Assembly: GCA_021463485.1 (NCBI GenBank)
Contig: JAJTYJ010000004.1
Coordinates: 1 to 54,301 of the forward strand
DNA: 54,301 nt
Reading direction: 5' to 3'
Source: a bacterium
GTDB taxonomy: Bacteria > Patescibacteriota > UBA1384 > 2-12-FULL-50-11
Below, piece after piece: positions 36,687-46,839 of this stretch. Made by a program: the position numbers and the translations under genes. Under the pieces are notes generated by a model that saw only the letters and a list, made by a program, of their open reading frames with translations, was not told the DNA's origin and did not search any database. The stretch's first letter is position 1; each line of letters starts with the position of its first letter.

Positions 36687-39075
36687 CGGCCTACCTAATT
36701 ACTTATTTTTTACAATTATTGCCGTCATCGCGATTGTACCGATCATCTTGACGCTGTTTTTACGCTACTTCCAGAAAAAAGATACATTTGATGATGTAAA
36801 AAGTCTTGTAGCGATGACGGTAACAGTACCGCGCGATACACAGAAACGAACTGATCAAGCTAACGAGCCGATCAAAGACTTTAAAGACTTAATCTCGCCG
36901 ATGGAGCAGTTCTACTCTTCATTAACCACCACCATTCATCAGAAACATTTTATCGATTGGTTATTTAGTACGCCGGCGCACGTTAGTTTGGAAATCGTTT
37001 CGGTCGGTAACGTGATTCAGTTTTTAATAATTTGTCCGAAGCGCATTCAATCGATCGTTGAGAGACAACTGCATAGTTACTTTCCGACCGCGGAAATTCA
37101 GTACGATGTGCCGCCGCCGATTTTTACCGCCGAAGCTCCAGCAGTTAGCGGCGTAGTAATGGAACAAGCTAAAAGTTTTATCTTACCGTTAAAAACGTAC
37201 CGTTATTTGGAGACCGATCCGCTCTCGGCGATGACGAACGCACTAACGAAATTAAAAGACAACGGTACAGCCGCGGTCCAACTGCTTATTCGACCGATCA
37301 ACGACTCGTGGCGTCAGCATACCGTTGTGGCTACTGGACACGTTACTAACAATAAGATGCATTTAGTTAATCGCTCTAAAACCGGGCGCGTTGCCGGTAT
37401 GATCGGCGAAGTTGTACGACCTACTAAAGTGGAAGAAAAGCCGCAGCCACTCAACCCTCAGCAGGAAGAGCTGATTAAAGGTCTGCAGGAAAAAGGCGCT
37501 AAGACGGGATTTGAAGTTATAATTAGGATTGTGGCGACCGGAAAAGACGAAGCGTCTGCTGACGCTAATTTAAATATTATTATTTCGTCGATGGCGCAGT
37601 TTTACTCGCCGCAATTTAATAGTTTGAAATATAAAAAAGTGGCGCCGCAAAAGATTGCCCGCGATTATTTGCTGCGTCTATTTACCGGGGCGCCGCGGAT
37701 GATCCTAAACGTTGAAGAGATAAGTAGTATTTTTCATCTGCCGAACCGTTCGTTAGAGACACCGGGCGTTAAGTGGTTAGTCGCTCGCTCCTTACCGGCG
37801 CCGGCGAATTTGCCAAACGACGGCGTGGTGTTGGGTGAGTCGATTTATCGCGGTACGCGTCAGTTGGTTCGACTTAAAGACGAAGATCGGCGTCGACACT
37901 TATTCATGATCGGAAAAACTGGTGTTGGGAAAACGACGTTGTTTGAGACGATGATTGAGCAAGACATGCACGCCGGTAAGGGGCTGTGTTTTATTGATCC
38001 GCTCGGTGACGCGATTGAAAGTTTACTAAAGAAGGTTCCAACTCACCGCGCTAAAGACGTTATCCTATTTGACCCATCAGATACCGAGTATCCACTCGGA
38101 CTGAACTTACTAGAGTACAGTCGACCGGAGGAAAAAGACTTTCTAATTCAAGAAGTAATCGAAATTTTCTACAAGCTTTTTGACCCTAACCGTACCGGCA
38201 TCGTCGGACCGCAGTGGGAGCACTGGGCACGTAACGCAGCGCTGACGGTAATGAGTAACCCAGACGGCGGCAGTTTGATCGATCTGCCACGACTCTTTAC
38301 CGACGACGCGTTCCGGGAAAAATCTGTCGCCAACGTTACCGATCCGGTTGTGAAAGCCTTTTGGCAGCAGCAATTAGCCAAAACCTCCGATTTCCATAAA
38401 TCGGAGATGTATAACTATTTTATCTCGAAGTTCGGTCGCTTTATGACCAATGATTTAATGCGCAATATTATCGGCCAGAAAAAGAGTTCGTTTGATTTTC
38501 GCGAAATAATGGACGGTAAAAAGATCCTGCTGATCAACTTAGCCAAGGGTAAGATCGGTGAAATTAACTCGAATCTACTCGGGCTTATTCTTGTTTCGAA
38601 AATGCAAGTGGCTGCGTTTAGTCGTGCCGATATTCCAGAGGAAGAGCGCCAAGATTTCTATCTATACGTTGATGAGTTTCAGAATTTTACGACCGATACG
38701 TTTGCAACAATTTTAGCCGAAGCACGAAAGTACAGACTCTGTTTGAATATTACGAACCAGTATTTTGCGCAGTTAACCGAAAAAATACGCGATGCGGTGA
38801 TTGGTAACGTCGGTACATTAATTGCGTATCGCGTCGGCGCTGAAGACGCCGAGTACCTTAGCCACGAGATGGTCGGCTTGTCCGTTGAGGATCTAACCAA
38901 CCTTGACCGGTTTCAGGCCTATGTTAAGCTGCTCGTGGACCTAACGCCAACCAAACCGTTCAGTCTCCGAGGCGTAAAGAGCCCAAACAAGGGTACAATA
39001 GAGATGTCTAACTGGATTCGCACTGCCGCACGTAAGCAATACTCGTTGCCACCAGTTGACGCAATTTCACTCTAA
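36679..39075 (+). CDS. membrane-anchored VirD4/TraD/TraG-like (coupling-protein-type) P-loop ATPase, paralog 1
   Basis: N-terminal TM. Walker A GKTGVGKTT. Walker B/arginine region DFYLYVDEFQNF...EARKYRLCL...NQY. Confidence 0.75.
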   Translation: MFDGLPNYLFFTIIAVIAIVPIILTLFLRYFQKKDTFDDVKSLVAMTVTVPRDTQKRTDQANEPIKDFKDLISPMEQFYSSLTTTIHQKHFIDWLFSTPAHVSLEIVSVGNVIQFLIICPKRIQSIVERQLHSYFPTAEIQYDVPPPIFTAEAPAVSGVVMEQAKSFILPLKTYRYLETDPLSAMTNALTKLKDNGTAAVQLLIRPINDSWRQHTVVATGHVTNNKMHLVNRSKTGRVAGMIGEVVRPTKVEEKPQPLNPQQEELIKGLQEKGAKTGFEVIIRIVATGKDEASADANLNIIISSMAQFYSPQFNSLKYKKVAPQKIARDYLLRLFTGAPRMILNVEEISSIFHLPNRSLETPGVKWLVARSLPAPANLPNDGVVLGESIYRGTRQLVRLKDEDRRRHLFMIGKTGVGKTTLFETMIEQDMHAGKGLCFIDPLGDAIESLLKKVPTHRAKDVILFDPSDTEYPLGLNLLEYSRPEEKDFLIQEVIEIFYKLFDPNRTGIVGPQWEHWARNAALTVMSNPDGGSLIDLPRLFTDDAFREKSVANVTDPVVKAFWQQQLAKTSDFHKSEMYNYFISKFGRFMTNDLMRNIIGQKKSSFDFREIMDGKKILLINLAKGKIGEINSNLLGLILVSKMQVAAFSRADIPEEERQDFYLYVDEFQNFTTDTFATILAEARKYRLCLNITNQYFAQLTEKIRDAVIGNVGTLIAYRVGAEDAEYLSHEMVGLSVEDLTNLDRFQAYVKLLVDLTPTKPFSLRGVKSPNKGTIEMSNWIRTAARKQYSLPPVDAISL

Positions 39076-41990
39076 TGTTGTTACTAACGATCAATTTACT
39101 ATTTACTGCCTTCTTTATCGGCGGTGCTGTTTACTTCTGGCGACGTAGCTCGACAGTCAAGCAAGAAGTAGCCGAACACCTCGGTCCGAGCGATCGGATA
39201 TTAGTTTCGATATCGGTACCAAAAAACAACGACCGCACGCCACAAGCGGCAGAGCAGATGTTCGCCGCGTTGCACGGCATTTTTCGTGAAAGCGTATCAC
39301 AGCAACAGCATATTAGTTTTGAAGTAATCTCTAAAAACAAAACCATCACATTCTTTGCTCAGATGCCAGCGGAGCTGAAAGAATTTGTGACAAGTCAGAT
39401 TTACGCGCAGTATCCGAACGTTGAGATTTCTGTAGTACCGACCGATCAAGATTACGCAATTGCGCCGGAAGAAAAAGCGGTGGCGGCAACTGAACTCGTT
39501 CTTAAAAAACCGCCTGTTTACCCAATTAAAACGTTCCAAAACTTTGAAGTTGACCCGCTTTCATCGATTACCGGGGTGCTTAGTTCGGCTGGCGATCACG
39601 AGGAAATTTGGGTTCAGTTGATCGTCCGACCGATCGACGACGACTGGCAAAAGCTCGGAGACGCTGAGATTAAAAACGTTAAAGAACCGCCAGCCAAACA
39701 AGTTGGCGCCGTCGAGTTGGTCGCTAAAGAAATGAAGAACTTCACGGTCGATTTTATTAAGAGCGTCGCTACCGGTGCTGGCAGCGCTCCGGAAGAGAAA
39801 AAAGAGAGCAAGGCAAAAGAATTAAGCGGCCCGGTTCAACAATCGCTTAAGGGAATCGAAGAGAAAATTACAAAACTCGGATTTGGCTCTACGATTCGTA
39901 TCGTGGCGATCGCGCCGGAGCAGTACGCCGCCAGCGCCAAACTAGAGCAAATTGTCGGCGCTTATAAGCAATACAATACGCTTAACTTAAACGGGTTTGC
40001 ATCAAAAGAAATTGTAACCGATCACGATGTAACCACGCTCTACCGAAATCGTGATATCGGCGCTGGCGATATGATTTTTAACATCACCGAGCTAGCGTCG
40101 CTTTACCATTTCCCGTCAGAAACAGTGGCTACGCCGACGATCGCGTGGGCAGGCTCCAAAAAAGGGGAACCGCCGTCGAACTTGCCGCTAATTGGGACCG
40201 TGCCGGCGGACGAGCTAACAGTATTTGCGCAAACAAACTTCCGTAACGAAATTCGCAAGTTCGGCATTAAAAAGAAAGATCGTCGTTTACACGCATATAT
40301 CATCGGTAAAACCGGAACCGGTAAGTCGACGCTAATGGAAAACATGATCTATGACGATATTCGCGAAGGTAGGGGGGTCGCTGTTGTTGATCCGCACGGC
40401 GAGCTGATTGATCACGTACTAGATTTTATTCCGGAAGAACGCATTCACGACGTCGTTTACTTCAACCCAGCCGATCACGATTTCCCGATCGGTTTTAACA
40501 TCTTAGAAAACGTTCAACCGGAGATGCAAAACGTTGTCGCCTCCGGTGTTGTCGGAATCTTTAAAAAGATCTTCGGCGAATCTTGGGGTCCGCGCTTGGA
40601 GTATATCTTACGTAATTCCGTATTGGCGTTGCTTGAATATCCGAACTCGACGCTACTGGGTGTAATGCGAATTCTTACCGACAACGCCTATCGTCGAAAA
40701 GTAATTAGCGTACTGAAAGACCCGGTCATTAAGGACTTCTTTGTGAACGAGTACGAAAAGTACGAACCGAAGTTTAGGCAAGAAGCTATCGCACCGATCC
40801 AAAACAAAGTTGGCCAGTTCCTCTCGTCTTCAACAATTCGGAATATTGTCGGACAACCGCGATCGACGATGGATATCCGGAAAATTATGGACGAAGGCAA
40901 GATTCTACTTGCCGATCTCTCGACCGGAAAAATTGGCGAAGATAACTCGGCGCTGCTTGGGTCGATGTTAATTACTAAGATTCAACTTGCAGCGATGGGA
41001 CGAACAAACGTTGCAGAAGAAGATCGACGTGATTTCTACTTATACGTAGACGAGTTTCAGAATTTTGCGACCGACTCGTTTGCAACAATTCTTTCTGAAG
41101 CTCGTAAATACCGACTCAATTTGGTGATGATTAACCAGTACATCAGCCAGATGCCGGAGACTGTCGCTAACGCTGTATTCGGGAACGTTGGTACGATGGT
41201 AGCGTTTCGTGTCGGCGCGGCCGACGCCGAGGCGCTAAAAAATGAGTTCCAGCCAGTTTTCGATGTGAACGATCTAGTGAACCAGCCGAACCGCCAGATT
41301 TACTTAAAGATGGCGATCGACGGCGTTACGGTGCCGGCGTTCTCCGCCGCAACGCTACCGCCGCCAACCGAAAAAGCGATGCTGAAGGATCAAGTTGTAA
41401 TTGCCAGTCGGGAGGCGTTTGCTACACCAAAAAGTGACGTCGAAGATTACATTACTGATTGGTCGTCACCGATCAACTTAAGCGAAGAAGAGGATAAAAA
41501 TCCGCACAGCGTCGAAAACGCAAAAAAGATGGATCGGATTGTCACCCTGCCCACAGAAAAAAATCAAACCGAGGCCGAACCTGTTAAATCATATATCCAA
41601 ACAGAGGAGCAACAAGAGATCGTAAAGGAAACTGAGTTTATCTTGCCGAAGAAGATGGAGATACTGAAAGATCGTTTTAATCGACAATGGTACGCGGTTT
41701 CTCCAGAAGGGGATATGGTTGAAAAACCGACTGAAGCAGGGGAGTCCCCAGTTTCTGAGAGTTCCTCGCTTGTGAGTCCAGCACCAGAAGCGGCGATTAG
41801 CGAACAAGTGATCGAAGAATTACATCTAGACACCGAGCCGCAGAGTGGGGGAGCAGGGGAGAGTGACGAAGAATTGACGCATTTAATTACCTGGGATCAA
41901 GCTGACTCGCTGGGTCTGAAACTAGATTCGACGCACGTTGACAGACCTAAAATTAACGACGATTACGAGCCGATCGACGAAATAAAATAA
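39075..41990 (+). CDS. membrane-anchored VirD4/TraD/TraG-like P-loop ATPase, paralog 2, with an acidic C-terminal tail
   Basis: Same architecture: GKTGTGKST, DFYLYVDEFQNF...EARKYRLNL...NQY. Extra ~190-aa E/S/P-rich tail. Confidence 0.75.
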   Translation: MLLLTINLLFTAFFIGGAVYFWRRSSTVKQEVAEHLGPSDRILVSISVPKNNDRTPQAAEQMFAALHGIFRESVSQQQHISFEVISKNKTITFFAQMPAELKEFVTSQIYAQYPNVEISVVPTDQDYAIAPEEKAVAATELVLKKPPVYPIKTFQNFEVDPLSSITGVLSSAGDHEEIWVQLIVRPIDDDWQKLGDAEIKNVKEPPAKQVGAVELVAKEMKNFTVDFIKSVATGAGSAPEEKKESKAKELSGPVQQSLKGIEEKITKLGFGSTIRIVAIAPEQYAASAKLEQIVGAYKQYNTLNLNGFASKEIVTDHDVTTLYRNRDIGAGDMIFNITELASLYHFPSETVATPTIAWAGSKKGEPPSNLPLIGTVPADELTVFAQTNFRNEIRKFGIKKKDRRLHAYIIGKTGTGKSTLMENMIYDDIREGRGVAVVDPHGELIDHVLDFIPEERIHDVVYFNPADHDFPIGFNILENVQPEMQNVVASGVVGIFKKIFGESWGPRLEYILRNSVLALLEYPNSTLLGVMRILTDNAYRRKVISVLKDPVIKDFFVNEYEKYEPKFRQEAIAPIQNKVGQFLSSSTIRNIVGQPRSTMDIRKIMDEGKILLADLSTGKIGEDNSALLGSMLITKIQLAAMGRTNVAEEDRRDFYLYVDEFQNFATDSFATILSEARKYRLNLVMINQYISQMPETVANAVFGNVGTMVAFRVGAADAEALKNEFQPVFDVNDLVNQPNRQIYLKMAIDGVTVPAFSAATLPPPTEKAMLKDQVVIASREAFATPKSDVEDYITDWSSPINLSEEEDKNPHSVENAKKMDRIVTLPTEKNQTEAEPVKSYIQTEEQQEIVKETEFILPKKMEILKDRFNRQWYAVSPEGDMVEKPTEAGESPVSESSSLVSPAPEAAISEQVIEELHLDTEPQSGGAGESDEELTHLITWDQADSLGLKLDSTHVDRPKINDDYEPIDEIK

Positions 41991-42013
41991 CAGATTAATT
42001 TTTTGTTTGCTAC

Positions 42014-42046
42014 CTTCTCCCCCGCCGGCAGTGGGGGAGAAGTGTT
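42014..42046 (+). terminator. hairpin terminator candidate after the ATPase pair
   Basis: Perfect 10-bp stem CTTCTCCCCC/GGGGGAGAAG with only a weak T tract. Confidence 0.45.
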
Positions 42047-42510
42047 AAAAATTTTGCAATTTCTACTTTTCTCAGGGAGGTCCCCGGGGGTCACAGCTGC
42101 GCTGCACCACTATTTCCGCTTATTTAGGGACCGGCTCTTATGGCTAATATTTTTAATAATTTAATCGCCATCTGTTCTTAAGTGTCGCACAAGATACATT
42201 GTACGACACTAAATATATTGTTAATCACCGTATGTTCACTTATACTTCCCCTGTGAATCAGCTCCTTAATCGGTTTGGTGAGTATCTTCTAGGGTTTCTT
42301 CTCATCCTTGCTATGCTATTTGCCGAACTTCGCCAACTCTTAATTCGTTGGGGTCTAGCCGAGGCTTACCCCGATGAATAAGCATCGACGGCTTTAGCTA
42401 ACCAGCTCAAAGCCTATTTTATATCTGTAAAAAACAACTTTACCGTTAAATTTGCGTTTTAAGCGCAGTTTATATTTTTAATGATTAAGTACTCGTTGAG
42501 TACCCAATTT

Positions 42511-43428
42511 CTACGAGCGTTGTTTATTAAAAACGCGTTGTTGCCACAAAACTAGCAGCGGCGTGGCGGTGAATATCGATGAGTACGTGCCGATGAAAAT
42601 TCCGACTAATAAAGTCACCACAAAACCACGGATACTTTCGCCGCCGAGAATCGCCAACGCACTTAAGGTGAAGATAACGGTTAAGCTGGTAGCGATTGAG
42701 CGGTTGAGCGTCTCACCAAGCGAGTCGTCGGCAACCTGTTCGAACTCTGCAGCGGTTGCGACTCGGTTTTTCGTTAAATTTTCTCGGATACGATCGAACA
42801 CTACAATTGTGTCGTGAACCGAGAAGCCCATGATGGTTAACATCGCCGTAATAAAGGAGCTATCAACCTCATAATTAAAGTAGTGAGCGAGAATCGCAAA
42901 TACGCCGATCGAGATTAACAAGTCATGCAAAAGCGCCACGGCGGCTACTAAGCCGAATCTCCAGGAAGAAACAGGGTGGGAGACGCCCCTGAACGAGTAA
43001 GCAAGGTAGAGGATAATTAACAGAGTAGCAATTACAACAGCTGTGATCGCTTTTCGGGTTAAATCTTTCGAGACACTCGGTCCAACCGATTGAAACTGTT
43101 TCTCAGTGTATGTGCCGAAATCTGTCTCTAATTTTTTAGAAATTTCCTTATACTCCCCTTCGCTAATCGGCAGGACGCGAACGATGAACGACTCCCCCTC
43201 CGCTGTTGTTACAGTCACTCCCCTAGCCTCTGGGTAGCTGGTAATTTTCTGTTTGAGCGCTTCCTGTGTTGGCGTTTTGTCGAATTTCAACTCAAACTGT
43301 GCGCCGCCCCTGAAGTCGATACCAAGTGGTAACTTCCAAACACTTAAGGCGATGATACCAGGGATCATAATTGCCACAGAGATCGCCAACCAAAGTATTT
43401 TCTTCTTACCTAAAAATCTATAGATCAT
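42511..43428 (-). CDS. secF: protein-export membrane protein SecF
   Basis: 305 aa. LGIDFRGG motif and six TM segments. 4-nt overlap with secD. Confidence 0.9.
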   Translation of the reverse strand: MIYRFLGKKKILWLAISVAIMIPGIIALSVWKLPLGIDFRGGAQFELKFDKTPTQEALKQKITSYPEARGVTVTTAEGESFIVRVLPISEGEYKEISKKLETDFGTYTEKQFQSVGPSVSKDLTRKAITAVVIATLLIILYLAYSFRGVSHPVSSWRFGLVAAVALLHDLLISIGVFAILAHYFNYEVDSSFITAMLTIMGFSVHDTIVVFDRIRENLTKNRVATAAEFEQVADDSLGETLNRSIATSLTVIFTLSALAILGGESIRGFVVTLLVGIFIGTYSSIFTATPLLVLWQQRVFNKQRS

Positions 43429-44681
43429 ACTCTCTCCAACATCCTTCGTAGGCCGCCGTTAAGGGCGAATATGCGTAGTAGCGAACGACTAACGGTAATC
43501 GAACTAAATAGCGAAACGATAACACCAACTGCCAGAGTTAACGCAAAACCTTTTACCACCCCCGTTGTAAAGAAGAAAAGAATCGCACAAGTAATGATCG
43601 TTGCCATATTCGAGTCGCGAACCGACGGCCAAGCGCGACGGAAGCTCTCCTCCATTGCTATTTTAATATCTTTACCCAATGCTAACTCTTCGCGCATCCG
43701 CTCAAACATTAAAATATTGGCGTCAACAGCCATACCGATCGACAGAATAAAACCAGCGATTCCAGCAAGTGTTAACGTTACTGGAATAAACTTGAATAAA
43801 CCGAAAGTGATAACGGTATAGGCTAACAGCGCCAAGACCGCCACGATCCCTGCAACTCGGTAGTTGATCAACATAAAGATTACAACCAAAATCAGTCCGA
43901 CCAGGCCGGCTACTAGGCTCCGTTTTACCGAATCTTCACCGAGGGTGGCGCCAACAGTTCGTTGTTCAACTAGTTTGATCGGTACATCCAGCGCCCCGGC
44001 GTTTAGTAAACTGACGATCTCTTTTACTTCTTGAATACTAAATTGACCAGTAATAACCGCTTCGCCAGCAGTAATTTTATCCTGAACAGTCGGCGCCGAC
44101 AGAACTTCTTCGTCTAGAAAAATCGCAACGGGCTTGCCGATATTTCTCCCGGTAATGTCGCCGAATAACTGTTTACCTTCGTTATTGAACGTTAGGCTAA
44201 TTTGCGGCGCGTTAGTGGTTTGATCGAAAGTAACTGTCGCCCGAGATAGCTGCTTGCCAGTTAAACCAGTTGGAAGCCATTTGTCATCGGAGTTCGGATC
44301 GGCTTCTCGAAAATCTAGTTGAGCGGTCTTACCGATTAGATCGGTCGCTTCGTTGACGTCGGTAATTCCCGGCAGCTCAACAATTAACGTTTGTTTAGTG
44401 CCGAGCTTGCCCGGTTGAATTAACGGCTCCGTTACCCCGGTACTATTAACGCGACGTTCGATTACCTGTCGAGTTGACTCAATTGCGCTAGTTCGATCGT
44501 CGTCGTTGGTTCGGCTTAAATCAAGCTCGTAAACTAACCGTGCCCCACCTTGGAGGTCGAGTCCCTGTCGTACTGTTGTATCGCGACCGAGGAACTGTTC
44601 GGTCGACGGCAAGCTCACGTACGCGCCGAGTCCAATTAAACCAAGTATTAAAATAAAACCGATCCAGAAATTTCTTCGCAT
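43425..44681 (-). CDS. secD: protein-export membrane protein SecD
   Basis: 418 aa. LGLDLQGG motif and a periplasmic-type domain followed by six TM segments. Confidence 0.9.
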   Translation of the reverse strand: MRRNFWIGFILILGLIGLGAYVSLPSTEQFLGRDTTVRQGLDLQGGARLVYELDLSRTNDDDRTSAIESTRQVIERRVNSTGVTEPLIQPGKLGTKQTLIVELPGITDVNEATDLIGKTAQLDFREADPNSDDKWLPTGLTGKQLSRATVTFDQTTNAPQISLTFNNEGKQLFGDITGRNIGKPVAIFLDEEVLSAPTVQDKITAGEAVITGQFSIQEVKEIVSLLNAGALDVPIKLVEQRTVGATLGEDSVKRSLVAGLVGLILVVIFMLINYRVAGIVAVLALLAYTVITFGLFKFIPVTLTLAGIAGFILSIGMAVDANILMFERMREELALGKDIKIAMEESFRRAWPSVRDSNMATIITCAILFFFTTGVVKGFALTLAVGVIVSLFSSITVSRSLLRIFALNGGLRRMLERV

Positions 44682-44690
44682 AAGTGTGAA

Positions 44691-45749
44691 TTACAGCAGG
44701 TGTTCTCTTCCCTGCTCCTGCAATTGTTCTACAATTTTTTTAACGTCTTGTACACTCCCCTTCTCGCAGATCAGAATGACGTCGTCCGTGTCGATAACAA
44801 CAATGTCTTTTACTCCTACTGTTACGATTAGTTTGTTCCCACCCATTACTAAGGTATTACTTGTTTTATCTGAGATACTATCCCCTATCACAACTTCGGT
44901 ACTTTTCCCCTGTTCTGAGAGAATTTCGTGTAGCGTTGCCCAATTGCCGATATCGCTCCAATCCATATCGACCGGAATCACTGCTAAATTAGAAAGCTTC
45001 TCCGAAATCGCTTTATCGATCGGCTCAGATGGAACACTGTTATATAACTCGACAGTCGGGTCTTCGATGTATTCGCCAACAGTTCGCAATATCTCCGGAG
45101 CAAGCTGCTCGTAATACTCGATCATTTTGGCGCCGTTAAATAGATAGTAGCCGCCGTTCCATAAGTACTCACCGCTCGTCACGAACTCTTCAGCTGTTGC
45201 CTGGTTAGGTTTCTCATGAAACGATTCGACATGGAAGATCGCTCGTTTCTGAATCGATTCAAGCTTGTCGCCCATTTTGATATACCCAAGTCCGGTATTC
45301 GGTTCGGTCGGTCGAACTCCAATAGTAACCACGTATTCTGGATGTTTTTCGATAAACGAGAAAACTGCCTTGGTTGCTTCTGCGAAGACTTTCGGCTTGC
45401 CGACGTAATGATCGGCTGGTAATAAGCCAAATAAGACGGCTTCGGGATCTTCCTTTAATATACTTAGGGTCGCCAATGCTGTTGCCGGTGCAGTGTTTCG
45501 TCCAACTGGTTCGGTAATAACATGAGCAGCTAAAATCTCCGGCAGCTGTTCGATAACCAACTCTTTATACTGCTCGCCGGTCACCACCCAAACTTGTTCT
45601 GGGTCGATGATGCCGCGAATACGATCGTAGGTTTGTTGTAGTAGCGTTCGTTCTCCAATTAATTTCTGGAACTGTTTTGGTGTAGATTTTCGGCTAAGTG
45701 GCCAGAGTCGTGTTCCGGTTCCACCAGCCATAATTACTGCGTGTCGCAT
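44691..45749 (-). CDS. mannose-1-phosphate guanylyltransferase (GDP-mannose pyrophosphorylase)
   Basis: MAGGTGTRLWPLSR nucleotidyltransferase motif. 352 aa with no C-terminal isomerase domain. Confidence 0.8.
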   Translation of the reverse strand: MRHAVIMAGGTGTRLWPLSRKSTPKQFQKLIGERTLLQQTYDRIRGIIDPEQVWVVTGEQYKELVIEQLPEILAAHVITEPVGRNTAPATALATLSILKEDPEAVLFGLLPADHYVGKPKVFAEATKAVFSFIEKHPEYVVTIGVRPTEPNTGLGYIKMGDKLESIQKRAIFHVESFHEKPNQATAEEFVTSGEYLWNGGYYLFNGAKMIEYYEQLAPEILRTVGEYIEDPTVELYNSVPSEPIDKAISEKLSNLAVIPVDMDWSDIGNWATLHEILSEQGKSTEVVIGDSISDKTSNTLVMGGNKLIVTVGVKDIVVIDTDDVILICEKGSVQDVKKIVEQLQEQGREHLL

Positions 45750-45776
45750 TGGTGAATCGTACCAAGAAGATCCCCG

Positions 45777-46484
45777 TTACTCAACGTAGTCGATCCCGGC
45801 AGCGCTAAGCGATTCGATTAGCTCTTTCGGTAGTTTGGCGTGGTAGCAATCTGTGTTTGGTAGACAAAGCTCGGTTGCGTGAAGAAACTGACGGCTGATA
45901 TGTAATTTTTTTGCGAGCGTGTCGGTCGATTTTTCGCCGTAAAGCTCATCGCCGATAATCGGATGTCCGATCGCCTTTAGGTGAACGCGGATTTGATGAG
46001 TTCTACCAGTTATCGGATGCGCCTGCACTAAACTACACCGTAACGAATCGGTACCGCCGATAGCGATTCGCTCGTAATCGGTAATCGCCGCTCGAGCGCG
46101 CTGGTCGATTAGCCAGGCAACGGCTTGGCGATCGTTTTTATTATCGCGCACCAACGGAAGTTCGATCGTTCCGTTTTGCGGACATTCCCCTATCACCAAT
46201 GCCAAGTAAGTTTTTTTAACGGCCCTCCCCTGCCAGAGCTGTTTCAAGTTTTGTTGTGACGTTGGGTTTTTTGCCCAAATAATAACGCCTGATGTGTCGG
46301 TATCAAGCCTGTGGACTACGCCGTATCGACTTTCCGGCTCCCAACCGTCAGTAGATATTCTTTTGGTTTGTAGTAGCCAATCCAGTAATGTTTTTTGCTT
46401 TGATGGCGGCTCTACCGCCATATCAGCCGGCTTGTTTATCACAAAGTAGTCGTTAGTTTCAGCGATAATCTCTGGTTGATTCAT
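45777..46484 (-). CDS. RluA-family pseudouridine synthase
   Basis: HRLDTDTSGVIIWAK catalytic-Asp motif. No S4 domain. Confidence 0.85.
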   Translation of the reverse strand: MNQPEIIAETNDYFVINKPADMAVEPPSKQKTLLDWLLQTKRISTDGWEPESRYGVVHRLDTDTSGVIIWAKNPTSQQNLKQLWQGRAVKKTYLALVIGECPQNGTIELPLVRDNKNDRQAVAWLIDQRARAAITDYERIAIGGTDSLRCSLVQAHPITGRTHQIRVHLKAIGHPIIGDELYGEKSTDTLAKKLHISRQFLHATELCLPNTDCYHAKLPKELIESLSAAGIDYVE

Positions 46485-46497
46485 AGTGTTAGTGTAT

Positions 46498-46757
46498 AAA
46501 AAAAGACCCCCTCACGCACCAAACAGGAGGGCGGTATTGGGGGCTCGGGCGCCAGGGCCCGATCGGATTACCGTTCGACGACGAACGCTTACCGCGTGAG
46601 ACGCGGGGGGACCGTATCGGCTTGTGAGACGCTTGGTGGCCTCTACCGACAGGGTGGTTGTCGTCACCTTTCCAGGTACGGTTGCGCTCCTGAAAGGAGC
46701 AGCTGCACCGCGACTGTGGGTCGCGGCTCGTCTCCGGTCTCGTTGCCTTTGACGAGG
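46498..46757 (-). ncRNA. about 260-nt G+C-rich structured RNA gene, family unresolved
   Basis: Own promoter and U7 terminator. Hairpins CCGCGAC-CCACA-GTCGCGG, ACCU-GGAA-AGGU, CCGCG-UCUCA-CGCGG and CGUUCG-UCGU-CGAACG. A spot count on line 46561 gives 38/60 G+C. Confidence 0.55.
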
Positions 46758-46763
46758 TACGAA

Positions 46764-46792
46764 TATTTTGAATGATCGGTAAATTATTGTCA
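46764..46792 (-). promoter_or_regulatory. sigma70-like promoter of the G+C-rich RNA
   Basis: Minus strand reads TTGACA(46792-87), 17-nt spacer, CAAAAT(46769-64). Confidence 0.55.
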
Positions 46793-46839
46793 AGAGGCCG
46801 ACTTGGAGAGAACTACGAAAAGCATTAGACTAACCCTCG

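Noticed and set aside
46498-46757. SRP RNA, RNase P RNA or 6S RNA identity for the G+C-rich RNA.
   Set aside because: It has a GGAA tetraloop, but the flanking AGCA/GGU loop nucleotides of SRP helix 8 are absent. There is no GGAAAGUCC. 6S cannot be judged by eye. I left it unassigned rather than guess.
46512-46793. The 93-aa minus-strand ORF as a protein gene.
   Set aside because: It is an Arg/Ala/Thr-rich sequence with no SD. It coincides exactly with a promoter/terminator-bounded G+C-rich hairpin cluster. I treat it as an RNA gene.
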